A stretch of 63,773 nt of DNA, the filler included, from Cercozoa sp. M6MM (lineage: Eukaryota; Protista; Endomyxa: Ascetosporea): assembly GCA_040357565.1 (NCBI GenBank). It is 12 parts of 12 records of this genome, joined end to end, with 100 filler letters (N's around TTAATTAATTAA, not from the genome) between each part and the next. Parts side by side here need not be neighbours in the genome. Positions count along the whole stretch, not along the records: positions 18,696 to 28,428 come from JBDODJ010000467.1; positions 28,529 to 31,182 come from JBDODJ010001725.1; positions 31,283 to 46,234 come from JBDODJ010000316.1; 9 more parts are not named here. One strand, given 5' to 3'. Below are positions 23,372 through 34,904 of the stretch, one piece after another. The notes below the pieces were generated by a model. The model saw only the letters and a list, made by a program, of their open reading frames with translations, did no database searches and was not told the origin of the DNA. The position numbers were made by a program, and so were the translations under genes. The number at the start of each line of letters is the position of its first letter. The stretch's first letter is position 1.

Positions 23372-26300
23372 CATCGCCGACGTCATTGTCGGTGGCGTCT
23401 GAGTCGGACTGCGTGGCGTCGGCATCAAAGTCTTCGTCTTCCTCAAGCCGTAGCTCTGTGTGTTGTTGCTGTCGCTCTGTGTGTTGTTGTTGCTGCTGCT
23501 GTTGCTGTTGTGGCTGCTGCTGTTGTGGCTGTTGCTCTGTGTGTTGTTGCTGTTGCTCCCGAGTGGTGTCGGAGAGACTGCAGACACTCGGATGCTTCGG
23601 CGAGGTGTTGCCACTGGGTGTACCACTGGTCAACTGGACAGACCTATCACCGAACACAAGACTGCCGGGCACAGGACTGCCGGGCACAACACTGGCCACG
23701 TTGCTGTCATTGGGCGAGCCTGGCGATACAGCCGACTCCTCGGACAGCGACTCGGTGGCGGAGGGCGCTTTTCGCTGTCGACGGGGATGCGTAACGCGAC
23801 TCTGCGCCAGCGAGCGACTGTAAGTTCTCGGCTTTTTCGTCAGTGCTGCAGCACAGCAGTGTACAAGCACAGAAGAACAAAGGGAAAAACAAACGGTCAA
23901 GACATGGAAACAAAAGAAGAATGGAAGAAAAACAACGATGAAAGAAAGGTACGCTCGTCATCGCCGGAACTTTCGTCGTCGCTCGAGTCCGACGCAGCCG
24001 TCGAAATCGAAGCCGAAGACGCCGCAAAAGCTGAAGACGACGACGGCGCCGAAAATGCCGACGCCGACGCTGCCGAGGTTCTGCCAAAAAGCACCACCAA
24101 CCAATGAATGAACTCACATAGAACAAGCATACAGCAAAAGTACGAGCGCGTGTTGTGCCGACGAAGTCGCTTGGTGGCCAGTCGCGTCTTGCCGCCTGCG
24201 CCAACACAGCCCAGGTGTGCCAAACAAAGACATTCACCCTTGAAGGTGCAAGAGACAAAAGTACGAGGCTCTGTTTTATTAGACAGACAGCGCTGCAGCG
24301 AACGGTGCAGTTGTGGAAAGTACACGCCGCTTTGCTTCTCCAGCAGCTCCAGCAACCTGTGCAAACGTGAAAAACAAGCATACTCGCTACAAAAACTAAC
24401 ACACCTCAGACGCAGCTTGGTGCCAACATGTTCAAGCTGCTCCTGTGGCACACAAACAAAGATCAAACCAAACGGTCCAGCTCAGGGATCAAAGAGCGAG
24501 AAAGTACCCACGCGGTGAACCATCTCGACTGTGTCATGTCAACATTCGGCAAATCTTGGATCTGCTCGCACACAAAGTCGACAACTTTCGCATCAGTCAA
24601 AGCAAGGCTTACGAACTGAAGAACGAAAGGGCCACAGTCCGAGGTGTTTGTCTGCTCTGGCACCTTGATGTTTTTTAGCGGCAACGTTTTGGCCTGGAAA
24701 CACCCACGTCACGAAGCGCCAAAAAAAAAACAAGAAAAAAGTGCAAGCTAAATCTACCGAGACTTCGAACGTGACATTCTCGGCGTGGAACAGCTTTGAA
24801 ACAGTTGAGCGCAGGTTCTTCATTAACGTGCCTTTCCGCGAGGATTTCCTGCAAAACAAGGAAATACAAAGAAAAGACTCAACAAAGATTGTACCCCAGC
24901 GAATCGAGGTAGTAGATGACAGGTTCGCCCCTGTCTTCACCTGCCAAAGAGCAAATCACCCAAGTGTGTATCCGGCGCTTAAAGCCGTTTGTTTAAGAGA
25001 CGAAGCGAGAAAAAAACTAAAAACCTTCGTCCTCCATTTCGCCCTTTCGGACCATGGTCTGCACGTTAGCCACGACAAGGAGGAACCAGTGTCTGTGAGA
25101 GTGCAGCCAAGGTCAAGATATAATATAAGACAGCAGAAAAAGAGTGAACCGAAAGATGTAGTACTTTTTCTCGCAGTGCGGGATGACCCAGGACTCGGCC
25201 TCCAGCAGTTCCTTTCGTTTGCTTTCTTTTGCTTTCTACATATACACACAGGCGAAAATGTTCAATAGGCACAAGGAGTGAAAGATAAACTACGCCCGCA
25301 GACTGTAGGAAGAAGGAGTCGCAGATGAAGAAACCATTCGCGCTTTTTCGCCACTGATTCAAAAAAATCGAAAATACAAATGTACTGACTGATGTGTTGA
25401 GCAAACTGACCTGCTCGGACAGGTGCATCGTGTAGGCATTCACAAGGTTGTCGTTGAGCCACCTGACACACACATGCATACCTCAAACCTTAAATGATAC
25501 AGACAGACACCAGATCAATAGAGTGTTCAGTTATTGTACTTGCCAGGCAGCAGCATAGAGAACTCCTGCAACAGCAAGCAGTAATTTTTGTTTTAAGGGC
25601 GTGAAAAAAAGAGAAACCATACGCGAATGTCAAAGTCGCCGAGTTTGCGGTGATGAAACACACGCATGCGTTTTTCGAACGGCAGCACGGCGACGTTCTT
25701 GACGCGCGAGTCATCGCTGCCGGTACCGACAGCACGCACGACCGACTTCGCGATCCTGTGTGCAAACCGTTCAGTCAGATCAATGGGATCAATAGGACCA
25801 GTAGGTGATCCCTGGGATCAATGGCACCACTGAGGGATCAATGTGCTGGTGTGAGTGAGTGAGTGAGTGTGTACTTGTTGTCAGACAAATAGTCGGCCAG
25901 TGCGAGCAGTTCGTTGTGCGAGAGTTCGCACGGCAGAGCGGCCTGCTGCAGTGGCTGGACGACGCTGCCGTCTGGTGTCACTCCCTGTCAAGCAAGTAGT
26001 GCACACATACATATGCACACACACATGCACACACACACACACACATGCACACACACACATACACACACACGCACAAGCACTGCCTTCAGGGAAAGCTACC
26101 AGAACAGTTGAAGCCTCTGCCTTGTCCAGGTAGACGCGAGGCAAAGCTTCGCCCGGGCTGCCCAAGTCGTCGGTGAGGTCGACCACGTTGCCAGTGTCGG
26201 CACTCACGAGATGCTTGCGCACGCCGTTGCACCGGATGGCAGTCGCTCGAACTGACCGGTTCGGCAACTTCTGCTTCTGTCATTACACACACATACACAC

Positions 26301-26596
26301 ACACACACACACACACGCACACACACACGCACACACACACACGCACACACACACAGACACACACAGACACACACACACACACACGCTGCATAGACAGCAC
26401 ACACTGGTACAAACGTTAGTACCAGTTCATTCACGTCCTTGTCCTTCGCGAAGAAACGCGTACGCCTGCACAAACACCCGTGTTTCCGACTATAAGAAAC
26501 ACTCACATACAACAGAACCTACTCTAAGCGAGCCCGCACGAATTGATGCACGAGTTCCTTCTCCTCGTCCGTCCATTTTGTGGGCTTTTTTGGCAT
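22791..26596 (-). CDS. Ulp1/SENP-family SUMO protease (peptidase C48) with low-complexity and coiled-coil C-terminal tail
   Basis: Spliced WLNDNLVNAY, FFICDSFF, WVIPHCEK..HWFLLVV, IYYLDSLG, VPEQTNTSDCGPFVLQF give the His-Asp-Cys triad. Starts MPKKPTKWTDEEKELV and ends LKDAFATVLQRL*. Confidence 0.88.
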
Positions 26597-27003
26597 ACTT
26601 AATTGATTTTGACACACACAAGGCCAAGCGCCGATTTGTACTCGCCAAGCGAGCACAGCGGTCCCTATCACACAGACACACCGAGATACCTCGCGGTTTG
26701 ACACGTCCGGCTGGAACAGATCCCTGTGGAGTGCCCGGAGCCAATTTGGTTAAAAATGTCTCTCCAGGTTCCAGCTCTCCGATTTCGGGCTTTGGAAGTG
26801 CGTCGGTTAGTGTCGTCGGTTCTGACGGTTTTTAACCGGCCTTTTTAGTTCGATCGGTTTTGTTGCCCTCAGTTCAGTTGTGCCTGTAATGTGGCGTGTG
26901 GGCCATGCCAAACGGCAACAAACTACCGATGCCGGCAGCAAAAATTAGGCAGCCAAAAGAGTCAGTGGCACAGCAGGTCAAAGCGAACGAAAGTCCAGAA
27001 GAG

Positions 27004-27942
27004 ATGCGAGTTCTGACTCTAGTGCTTCTTGCGGTTGCCACCGGTGTCACGGCAGTCTATGACAACTACAGCGTTGCGTGCTGCATGCCGTACCACTTTA
27101 GCCAGCATGCTGCCCCAGTGCTTCGTGTTATGCAGACCTACCAGCCAGCACTGCGTACGCAGACTGCTGTAAATTCGACAGTCTTTTGTTTTTGTTTTTG
27201 CCAAACGACAAAAAAACAAAACTGAACTCAAGTGCCAGAGTCCTCAAACTGTAGGATGCGCCGGCGTTCATGCACCAAGTCACCAGCACGGGCTTTGCCG
27301 GGCCCAAACGCACTTTCATTGGCGGGTATTTCAACCCACTGTGGCCGGATTTTTATCAATCTGATCTTGATCACCAACTGCAACTCTGTGCACAGCCAGG
27401 ACAAGGACGCAGGCAACGCGCGTTTGTTCCAGAAAACTTCATCTGTTTCCCAGTCGGGCGGTTCGTTTAACTACTAAAATACAATCAATAGATAATGGAA
27501 ACGAATAGCCGATTTACTGAACTGTCATATACTGTAGACAAGGCGAGTCGGCAGGGTGGGGCCGTGACACGTGCCGCCCAACTGCGCGTGCAGTACCAGC
27601 AGCTGCTGGCCGAGACCGGGCATGGTGATACACCGTCCTCGCGCAAGCATGCCAACCTCCTGTACCCAGAACTAGACCAGTTGCCCCCTTAATTAAACAC
27701 TCAATGTTGTCTGTCTCTGCAGTGCCCAGCGCCTCGTGGGCTACTCTCTGGCCAACAAGGAACTCTTGGTGCCGTCGCAGCAGCCCAACGCCACGCTGCG
27801 CCAGGAAGCCCGTTTGTTTGAGTATGTCATCTTCAGTTCACTTCAGTTGAGGGTGATTCGATCGATATTGCACCTGACTGCTGGAAGGGAGACTGTGCGT
27901 CAGGCCAAGCTGCGCCTCAAGTCGCAAAACAAGAGCTTCTAG
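27004..27942 (+). CDS. Secreted hypothetical protein, 6 exons
   Basis: Signal peptide MRVLTLVLLAVATGVTA; five GT-AG introns give an open frame to TAG at 27942. Confidence 0.7.
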
Positions 27943-28157
27943 TACAGCGGTCAGTTCACTTAATTAGGTCAGCGCAGTAATTGAATCGTATCACGAATAT
28001 CAGACAGCCTGAAAGATGGTACAGTGAGTGGGTTAGTTCAGCTGAATGAGCACGGCATTCTACTGTCCAGTACAGGTACGATACAATACTTGACGCGACG
28101 TGAGTCAGTTTGATTCAGTACAGACGATAACTTACTCAGTACTAAATCAGTTGAGGA

Positions 28158-28421
28158 TCAAAACGACAGTTCGCACAGCGACTCGGCGAACTGCACGGCG
28201 CAGAGTGCTCGCTGCGGGGGGGGGGGGGGTAAAACTAAGGGTAAGGAGGTAAGGGGTAAAGGGCGGTAAAACAAACCTCAGGCGACACGAAGCACGCCTA
28301 CCAGCGCACGCACACAAATACAAAAATAATACTCGAGGCTGCGTGCAACTCCGAAAACTACCGTGGTGCCGCGCATGTGCAGTCGAACGAAGCTGTCGCT
28401 GGTGGTCCCGAATCTCGATCT
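28158..28421 (-). CDS. 3' end of an unidentified gene including a 21-nt exon
   Basis: RSRFGTTSDSFVRLHMRGTT|ACFVSPE|RALCAVQFAESLCELSF* with GT-AG introns. Confidence 0.45.
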
Positions 28422-28585
28422 CTATGTANNNNNNNNNNNNNNNNNNNNNNNNNNNNNNNNNNNNNNNNNNNNTTAATTAATTAANNNNNNNNNNNNNNNN
28501 NNNNNNNNNNNNNNNNNNNNNNNNNNNNAACCCCCCCTCCGTTTACCCCTGTGTACCCTCCCTGTTAACCCCACTCCTGTCGCAG

Positions 28586-28721
28586 GGAGAGATACATGAA
28601 CATTGAGAAAGCTGCCACGATTAACGCGATTGAGCGACACGAGGTACTTGCGTGTTCTTATATTAGCATATATATATAAATGTCTGTATCAAATACGGTT
28701 TCAACATATTTATATATATAT

Positions 28722-28772
<51 letters not shown>

Positions 28773-29385
28773 AATACGGTTTCAACATGTCTATGTTTTG
28801 TCTATACGTGTATATGTATATACATTCTATGCGCGTACATGTATAATATACGTTACATAAATATGTAAATGGATATATAACCCAGGCCGTGTTCGGCGCA
28901 AACGGTCTCAACGGCACGGCACTGCAGCTCACCAAGCCGCGCGAGGCCGCGTTATTCTTCGTACGCTGTCCCCTTAATTCTTGCGCTCCCTTGATTGCCC
29001 TAAATTGTCCCTAACCCTAAAGTTCCCTTTAACTCCCCTTTAACTCCCCTTTAACTCGCCTTTAACTCCCCTTTAACCACTCCTTTGCTATCCCTGAATC
29101 ACTGTATTCCCTCCCGAATTAAACAGCCGGATTTCGACCCGGATGCCACCGAGCCCTTCGTGCGCGCTTTCGTGGGCGGTGGCGTCGCGCCGGACCGCGT
29201 TGACGATGAGACGATCAACGACCCAGAAGCGTATCGCCTCTCTTCACCCCATTTACCCCCCCCCCCCCCATTAACCCCCGGCTGCAAGCAGACCGCAGCC
29301 GGACGACTACTTCCTGCGTGTGCGACCGGCTCTTTTGGAGGAATCGCTCGACTCCCTGATCGCCAAGTCGTACCATACCGAGTAA
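28586..29385 (+). CDS. 3' part of a hypothetical protein
   Basis: ERYMNIEKAATINAIERHE|AVFGANGLNGTALQLTKPREAALFF|PDFDPDATEPFVRAF..|PQPDDYFLRVRPALLEESLDSLIAKSYHTE*. Confidence 0.65.
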
Positions 29386-29643
29386 CTCGACTGCCGTACT
29401 ATCAGCTCCGTCAAACAGCCCACATAGCGTAGCATCGTTATATCCAACAAATAAAAAAACTGATCGGCTCGACCACTTCCGAAACCGTGCGGTCTTTGCC
29501 GTGCTATACGTTAAAAGCAATACCAACCTGCAGGTCAGTGTAAGCTGTGCACAGGTAAGCCCGTCAACACCTCGTTTTGTTGTTTGGATTTGGCCGAGCG
29601 AGCCGGTGAGCGTGGTATTCTTGGCTTGGGTTTGGGCAGAACA

Positions 29644-30749
29644 ATGGTCAGCACAGAGAACCTGTCGGGACACGAGGTGCCGCTGACCAGCTTCCCGCAG
29701 CTGAAGACTTGGCTTTTCGACCATTTGCCGGTGGGTTGGCAACAACTTTCTGTCTCTGTTCACTCCAGTCCGCCACCTGTGTTCTGCCTTTTTTTTAGAG
29801 CGATGTGTTGATGCCGCTGGCGAATGCAGACGCTGGCAGTGTGCGCATGCGCCTGTTCAAATTGTAAAACTCTAAATTACTTGCTCAGACTGAAGTGAAT
29901 GAGGCAGAAACGTTGATTGGGATGAAGTCAACTTTAGTTCGGTGGGCCAGTCGAATCCGACCTTTCGAATCGAACTGCGCCACGAGACTGCCGTGGTACA
30001 AAGAGTCGCGCTCACGGGGATGGGGGATGGGAGGTGGGTAGGAGACGAGCGTACTGTTAATCCCTGAGGAGCGCAGGTGCAACTCGTGCTGCGCAAGCAA
30101 CCCGAGGGCAAACTACTGCCAAAGGCGCATGGTACCACTTGTACTATCTTTTTACAGTATTATGTTAATTACAATTTAAATAAATTACATATACAAATAC
30201 AGTAAATTGTATTTAAAAAACTATTAAAAATAAATACAGTCGAGTATGTATGGACAAAGCTAAATAAATCGTATAAACAAATAATAGACCTAAACAAATA
30301 CAAGTAGTAAAGAATAAGCAAATCAAAATAAATGCAGATATGAACTTAAAAGTAGATTAATGAGTTAGAATAAAAACTAAAAAAGACTTAAGGTTTAAAT
30401 AAAAATATATAAATTAAGTTGAAGCAAATAAACTGAATAAATCACTGCCAAGATGAATACTGATGATCAGATGTGGCGCGCGAGTTTCGCATCATGACAG
30501 CTTTGTTACGCACCAATGTACCCGTGCCGCGGCCGCTTCTCCTGTGCCAGGGTGGGCTTTCTCTTTCCCGGGGGGTAGGGGTAAAGAGGGGGGTAAACTG
30601 CAGACACCGACGTGATCGGCACGGAGTTCTTCGTGTCGGAGTTTGTGCCGGGCCGCGTGCTGACCGAGCGCGACCTGGCCTCGGTGACGCCGCTGCAGCG
30701 ACGTGCCTGGTTCGACGAAATCGCGCGCGTGCTCGCCGCCATTCACTCG
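29644..30749 (+). CDS. ACAD10/ACAD11-like APH phosphotransferase domain, 5' part
   Basis: Spliced FSVGQSNPTF, LVLRKQPEGKLLPKAHDVAREFRIMTAL, VPVPRPLLLCQDTDVIGTEFFVSEFVPGRV. Confidence 0.92.
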
Positions 30750-31182
30750 GTGCCTCTGTTTACTCCCCTGTTTACTCCCCTGTTTACTCTCCTGTTTACT
30801 CCCATGTTTACTCCTCTGTTTGCCCCCTCTTTTGCCCCTCTTTTACCCACCTGTTTACCCTTCTTTTAACCCCTTTATACCTCCCTATTTATCCCCTTTA
30901 TACCTCCATATTTATTCCCCTGTTTACCCCTCTATTTAACCCCTGTTTACCCCCTGCTTACCCCCTGTATCACCCCTTATACTCCCTATTTAACCCCTTG
31001 TTCAACCCCCTGTTAATCCTCCTGTTTATTGCCTATTAAAACCCGCCTTGTGTTCCCTTTTAACCTACCTGTTTATCTCCCTATTAGACCCCCTATTAGA
31101 GCCCCTATTAGACCCCCTATTAAACCCCCTACTAACCCCTGTTTACCCCCTGTTCACCCCCCCCCCCTGTTTAACCCCCTGC
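30750..31182 (+). repeat. Long intronic C-rich degenerate repeat (TTTACTCCCCTG / TTTACCCC / TTAACCCC)
   Basis: More than 430 bp starting at a GT donor and running to the contig end. Confidence 0.9.
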
Positions 31183-31282
31183 NNNNNNNNNNNNNNNNNN
31201 NNNNNNNNNNNNNNNNNNNNNNNNNNTTAATTAATTAANNNNNNNNNNNNNNNNNNNNNNNNNNNNNNNNNNNNNNNNNNNN

Positions 31283-31377
<95 letters not shown>

Positions 31378-31430
31378 GCACACGCACACGCACGCACATC
31401 CTCTCTTCACCCTCACCCCTACCCCCCCAG

Positions 31431-32793
31431 TGGCCCATCGGCCGACTTGACATACAAGACGAAAACGATCGGTGAGTCGCTCGACACGCTGCAGCAGGTC
31501 GTCCAGGTACACAGCGTTTATTTTTGTCCATCTGGGATGGTTGGATCGGAGAAATGGACTGTACCAATATACTGGACTGGTGGACAGGGCGAGCATCGCT
31601 ACAGTGCAGTGTTCCGTCGCGCAGAGCGACCGATTGTAGCCCGTCTTTCTCTTTTGTTGCCCCCCCCCCCCCNNNNNNNNNNNNNNNNNNNNNNNNNNNN
31701 NNNNNNNNNNNNNNNNNNNNNNNNNNNNNNNNNNNNNNNNNNNNNNNNNNNNNNNNNNNNNNNNNNNNNNNNCCCCTGTACTTACTTCATGTTGCTTTGT
31801 GGTAGGGCGCGTCGGCGCTGCTGTCGCAGCTGAGAGAAGTGAACCCGCGGGCGCAGGTGTGTGTGCTGCACAAGGACGCCAGCACGGTGGCAGCTTTGGA
31901 CGTGGGCTTCGTGCCGGGTGTTAACAGCGCGCCCTTGAGCAAGGCCAAGACGGGTATACCTGTACATTAAGGGTGCGTTGTAGTCCTACATTCAAGGGCA
32001 TGGTATGTAGTCGTGCTGCTGGGCTGCGACGACGAGAAGACGCTAGCGCAGCTGCCGGCCGATGCCACGGTGGTGTACATTGGCAGTCACGGCGACGCCG
32101 GTGCCGCGCGTGCCGACGTTGTGCTGCCTGCCGCTGCCTACACCGAGAAGGCCGGTACCTACGTCAACACGGCGGGTCGTGTGCAGCGCACTGCGGTAAT
32201 TCTATCCCCCCCTCTACCCCCCCCCCCCTCTATCCCACCCTCTCTTTATCTCTGCCCTAAAATAATCCTCTGTAGCCGGCCACGACGTCGCCAGGTGAGG
32301 TGCGAGCCGACTGGTCCATCCTGCGTGCCTTGTCCGAGTTCTGCGACTGTGACACGCTGCCTTACGACAGCGCTGAGCAGGTAGTACCCTCCACCCTCTG
32401 TATTTACCTATCTTTTGTTGTTCTTGTTTATCTGGCGGTGTAGGTGCACGAACGTCTCGCCGAGGTGTCGCCCGCGTTCGCTCAGTACGACTCGGTGCAG
32501 ACTGGTGCTTTCACCTTCGCTGAGTCTACGCATTCTGCCTCTGACTGTATCTGTGTTTGTCTTGCTTTAGTTTCGGTCAAGACGCCGGTCCAGGAAGGTA
32601 GCAACATCTTGTTCTGACTCTTGCTCGATCGATTCATGCGTTTCTCTGTGCAGACACGGTCGACCTGCAAAAGCCGCTGCAGCCGTCGATGTCGAACTAC
32701 TGGCTCAGCAACGCCATCGCCCGTGCCAGCAAGGTCATGGCGCAGTCTTCGCAAGAGTTGCCGACGGCCGCAAACTCGTACACGCCGCAGTAG
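31431..32793 (+). CDS. NDUFS1: NADH:ubiquinone oxidoreductase 75 kDa subunit (Nad11), C-terminal half, nuclear-encoded
   Basis: GPSADLTY, VAALDVGF, VVYIGSHGDAGAARADVVLPAAAYTEKAGTYVNTAGRVQ, DWSILRALSE, NYWLSNAIARASKVMA; TAG at 32791-32793. Confidence 0.96.
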
Positions 32794-33118
32794 GTAACGC
32801 CAGCGCCGACTTTCGTCCCACTGTGTCAAAACGACTTCGTTTTTTCGTTTCTTGAAATTTACTTTTTTTGCAATTCTGGCATATTCGCGTTTAAGGTGCC
32901 TAGTCGTTGATCTGCCGTACGATACCCTGCTTGGCATAGTGGAATTAGGCAGCCCAAGGCAAGATTACTACTGTAGCCACCGCCTTTTTTTAACTCGGTG
33001 CCGCGATCTCAGAGAGTCTTAGCCTGCGCTGTGGTGTTACAAAGCAGTGTGCAGTCCGTTAAACGCATTTCAGAGGCTCTAGACTCAGCCGACCAGCAAG
33101 TGCACTTTTTGGCAAGCA

Positions 33119-33876
33119 ATGTTCACGGACGACAACGGCGGGGGAGGTGTTTGACTTTTGTTGTTGTTGTTATTGGTATGCTGAGGGCATCGAAACACGT
33201 ACGAATTGACTGTGCAGGTTTTCTCGTTGACAATGGCATGGAAGGCGCCGGCGGCACTGTGCAGGAGGGCGAGCGCGCTCTCCGGCCAGTGACAGTGAAG
33301 CAGGTGCTGGCGGCCGAAGGACAGGATGAGAACCTCATGCTCAACGGTACTCGATTCTGTGTGCGTTTCTGCAATCAAAATTTAGCCCTTAATATTGCGT
33401 GCTTAGGACGCAGACTAGAGATGGTCAAGTTGGTCGGAATCATCTCCAGTGCGTTTCAGTCTGAACACACATACCAATCAACGTTCAGTTTAACTGAATT
33501 TGGAGTGCAGGTGAAGAGACTTCGGGCAGTCGCAGCAACTACAACATTCTGGTACTCTTTTGCCGCTTGAAATCGTTAAAATTGCTCAAAATGACGGGCA
33601 CGAAATTTAAAAGGACACGACGGGCGAAATCGGTGTCACGCGCTTCTGGGTCGAGAACCGCGACGGCGAGGAGCAGGAGGAGATCGATCAGGAGACTCTC
33701 GAGTTGCAGAACCGTTCGTTGTTTTGCATTTTCATTCTTATTTTAGTGTGTTTACTGTACAATTTACTCTGGTTTCTGCAGAGTGCAAGCAAGGCGCCGT
33801 TGTCGCCGTTTTTGGCTTTGTGAAGCAGTTCAACCAGACTCGCACCATCACGGCTAATCAGGTTTCGTGACCTTTC

Positions 33877-33972
<96 letters not shown>

Positions 33973-34591
33973 AGTTACTGCGTTCTTGTGCAGATGCGTC
34001 CCGTGGAGCCGAACGAGTTGGCTTTCCACTTTTTGGAGGTGAGTGGTTTCAGTTGGTTTTGTTGCATGTAGTCACAGTCAGAAATATCTGTACTGCCGAA
34101 GGTTATGGACGCGACGCGCTATCTTTCGCAAGCGAAGAGTGCCAACGCAGGCATGGGTGGTCTGAGTGGCACGATGGGCGGCATGCAGACCACTTTCGGC
34201 GGTTCGGATCCATTCGCGAACTCGGCGAATTTCGGCTCGTCAAACGTCGGTGCTTTTATCCTTCCTCCAACTGTTCTGTGTTCGTGTAATTGTTTCACTG
34301 TATCTCCCTGAGTGCGCAGCAGGTGCCAACGGCAGCAATGTCACTGAGATCATCCTCAACGTGCTGCGCGAGCGTGACGACGAAGACATGGGCATCGAGC
34401 GTGCCGACCTCCACTGTACCCCACCAGCTGTCTCTTTGTGTGTGCACTTTGTAGATGTGCATGTTTAATGCACAGTGGCGCTGCAAGGCAAGGCTTCGTC
34501 GGCGGAGGTGGACAAGGCGCTCGCCATGCTCATGGACGAGGGAGACGTTTTCACCGTGTTCGACACGGAACACTTTAAGATCACGCATTAG
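33119..34591 (+). CDS. RPA2: Replication protein A 32 kDa subunit
   Basis: GGGFL N-terminus, ALRPVTVKQV, VKLVGII, DTTGEI, VFGFVKQF, MRPVEPNELAFHFLEV (OB fold) and C-terminal winged helix LAMLMDEGDVFTVFDTEHFK. Confidence 0.94.
33882..33970. repeat. (CT)n microsatellite in an RPA2 intron
   Basis: Direct run. Confidence 0.97.
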
Positions 34592-34904
34592 GGATCACCA
34601 CACGTGCGGTAGCATAGCATGCACCGCAGACGGGAGATCTAGCGCAATTATTTTTACGTAGCATCCGATCTGTGGACGTATCGATTCTTATGTTTAGGTC
34701 ACATCAAATCGATTCAACCCACATGCATGCATCCACAAAATTAAGATAGAAAATACGTCAAAAGGGGAGTTGTATGGTCCTACCCTAAGCGGGCGGTAGA
34801 CACGGCCATGCTCTTCTAGAAGACTCAACTAACTAAGATAGAAAATAACTGAACGGACAAGAATCGAGTGACGTCGACTTCAAGTTGATCGAGTGTCATC
34901 TTCG

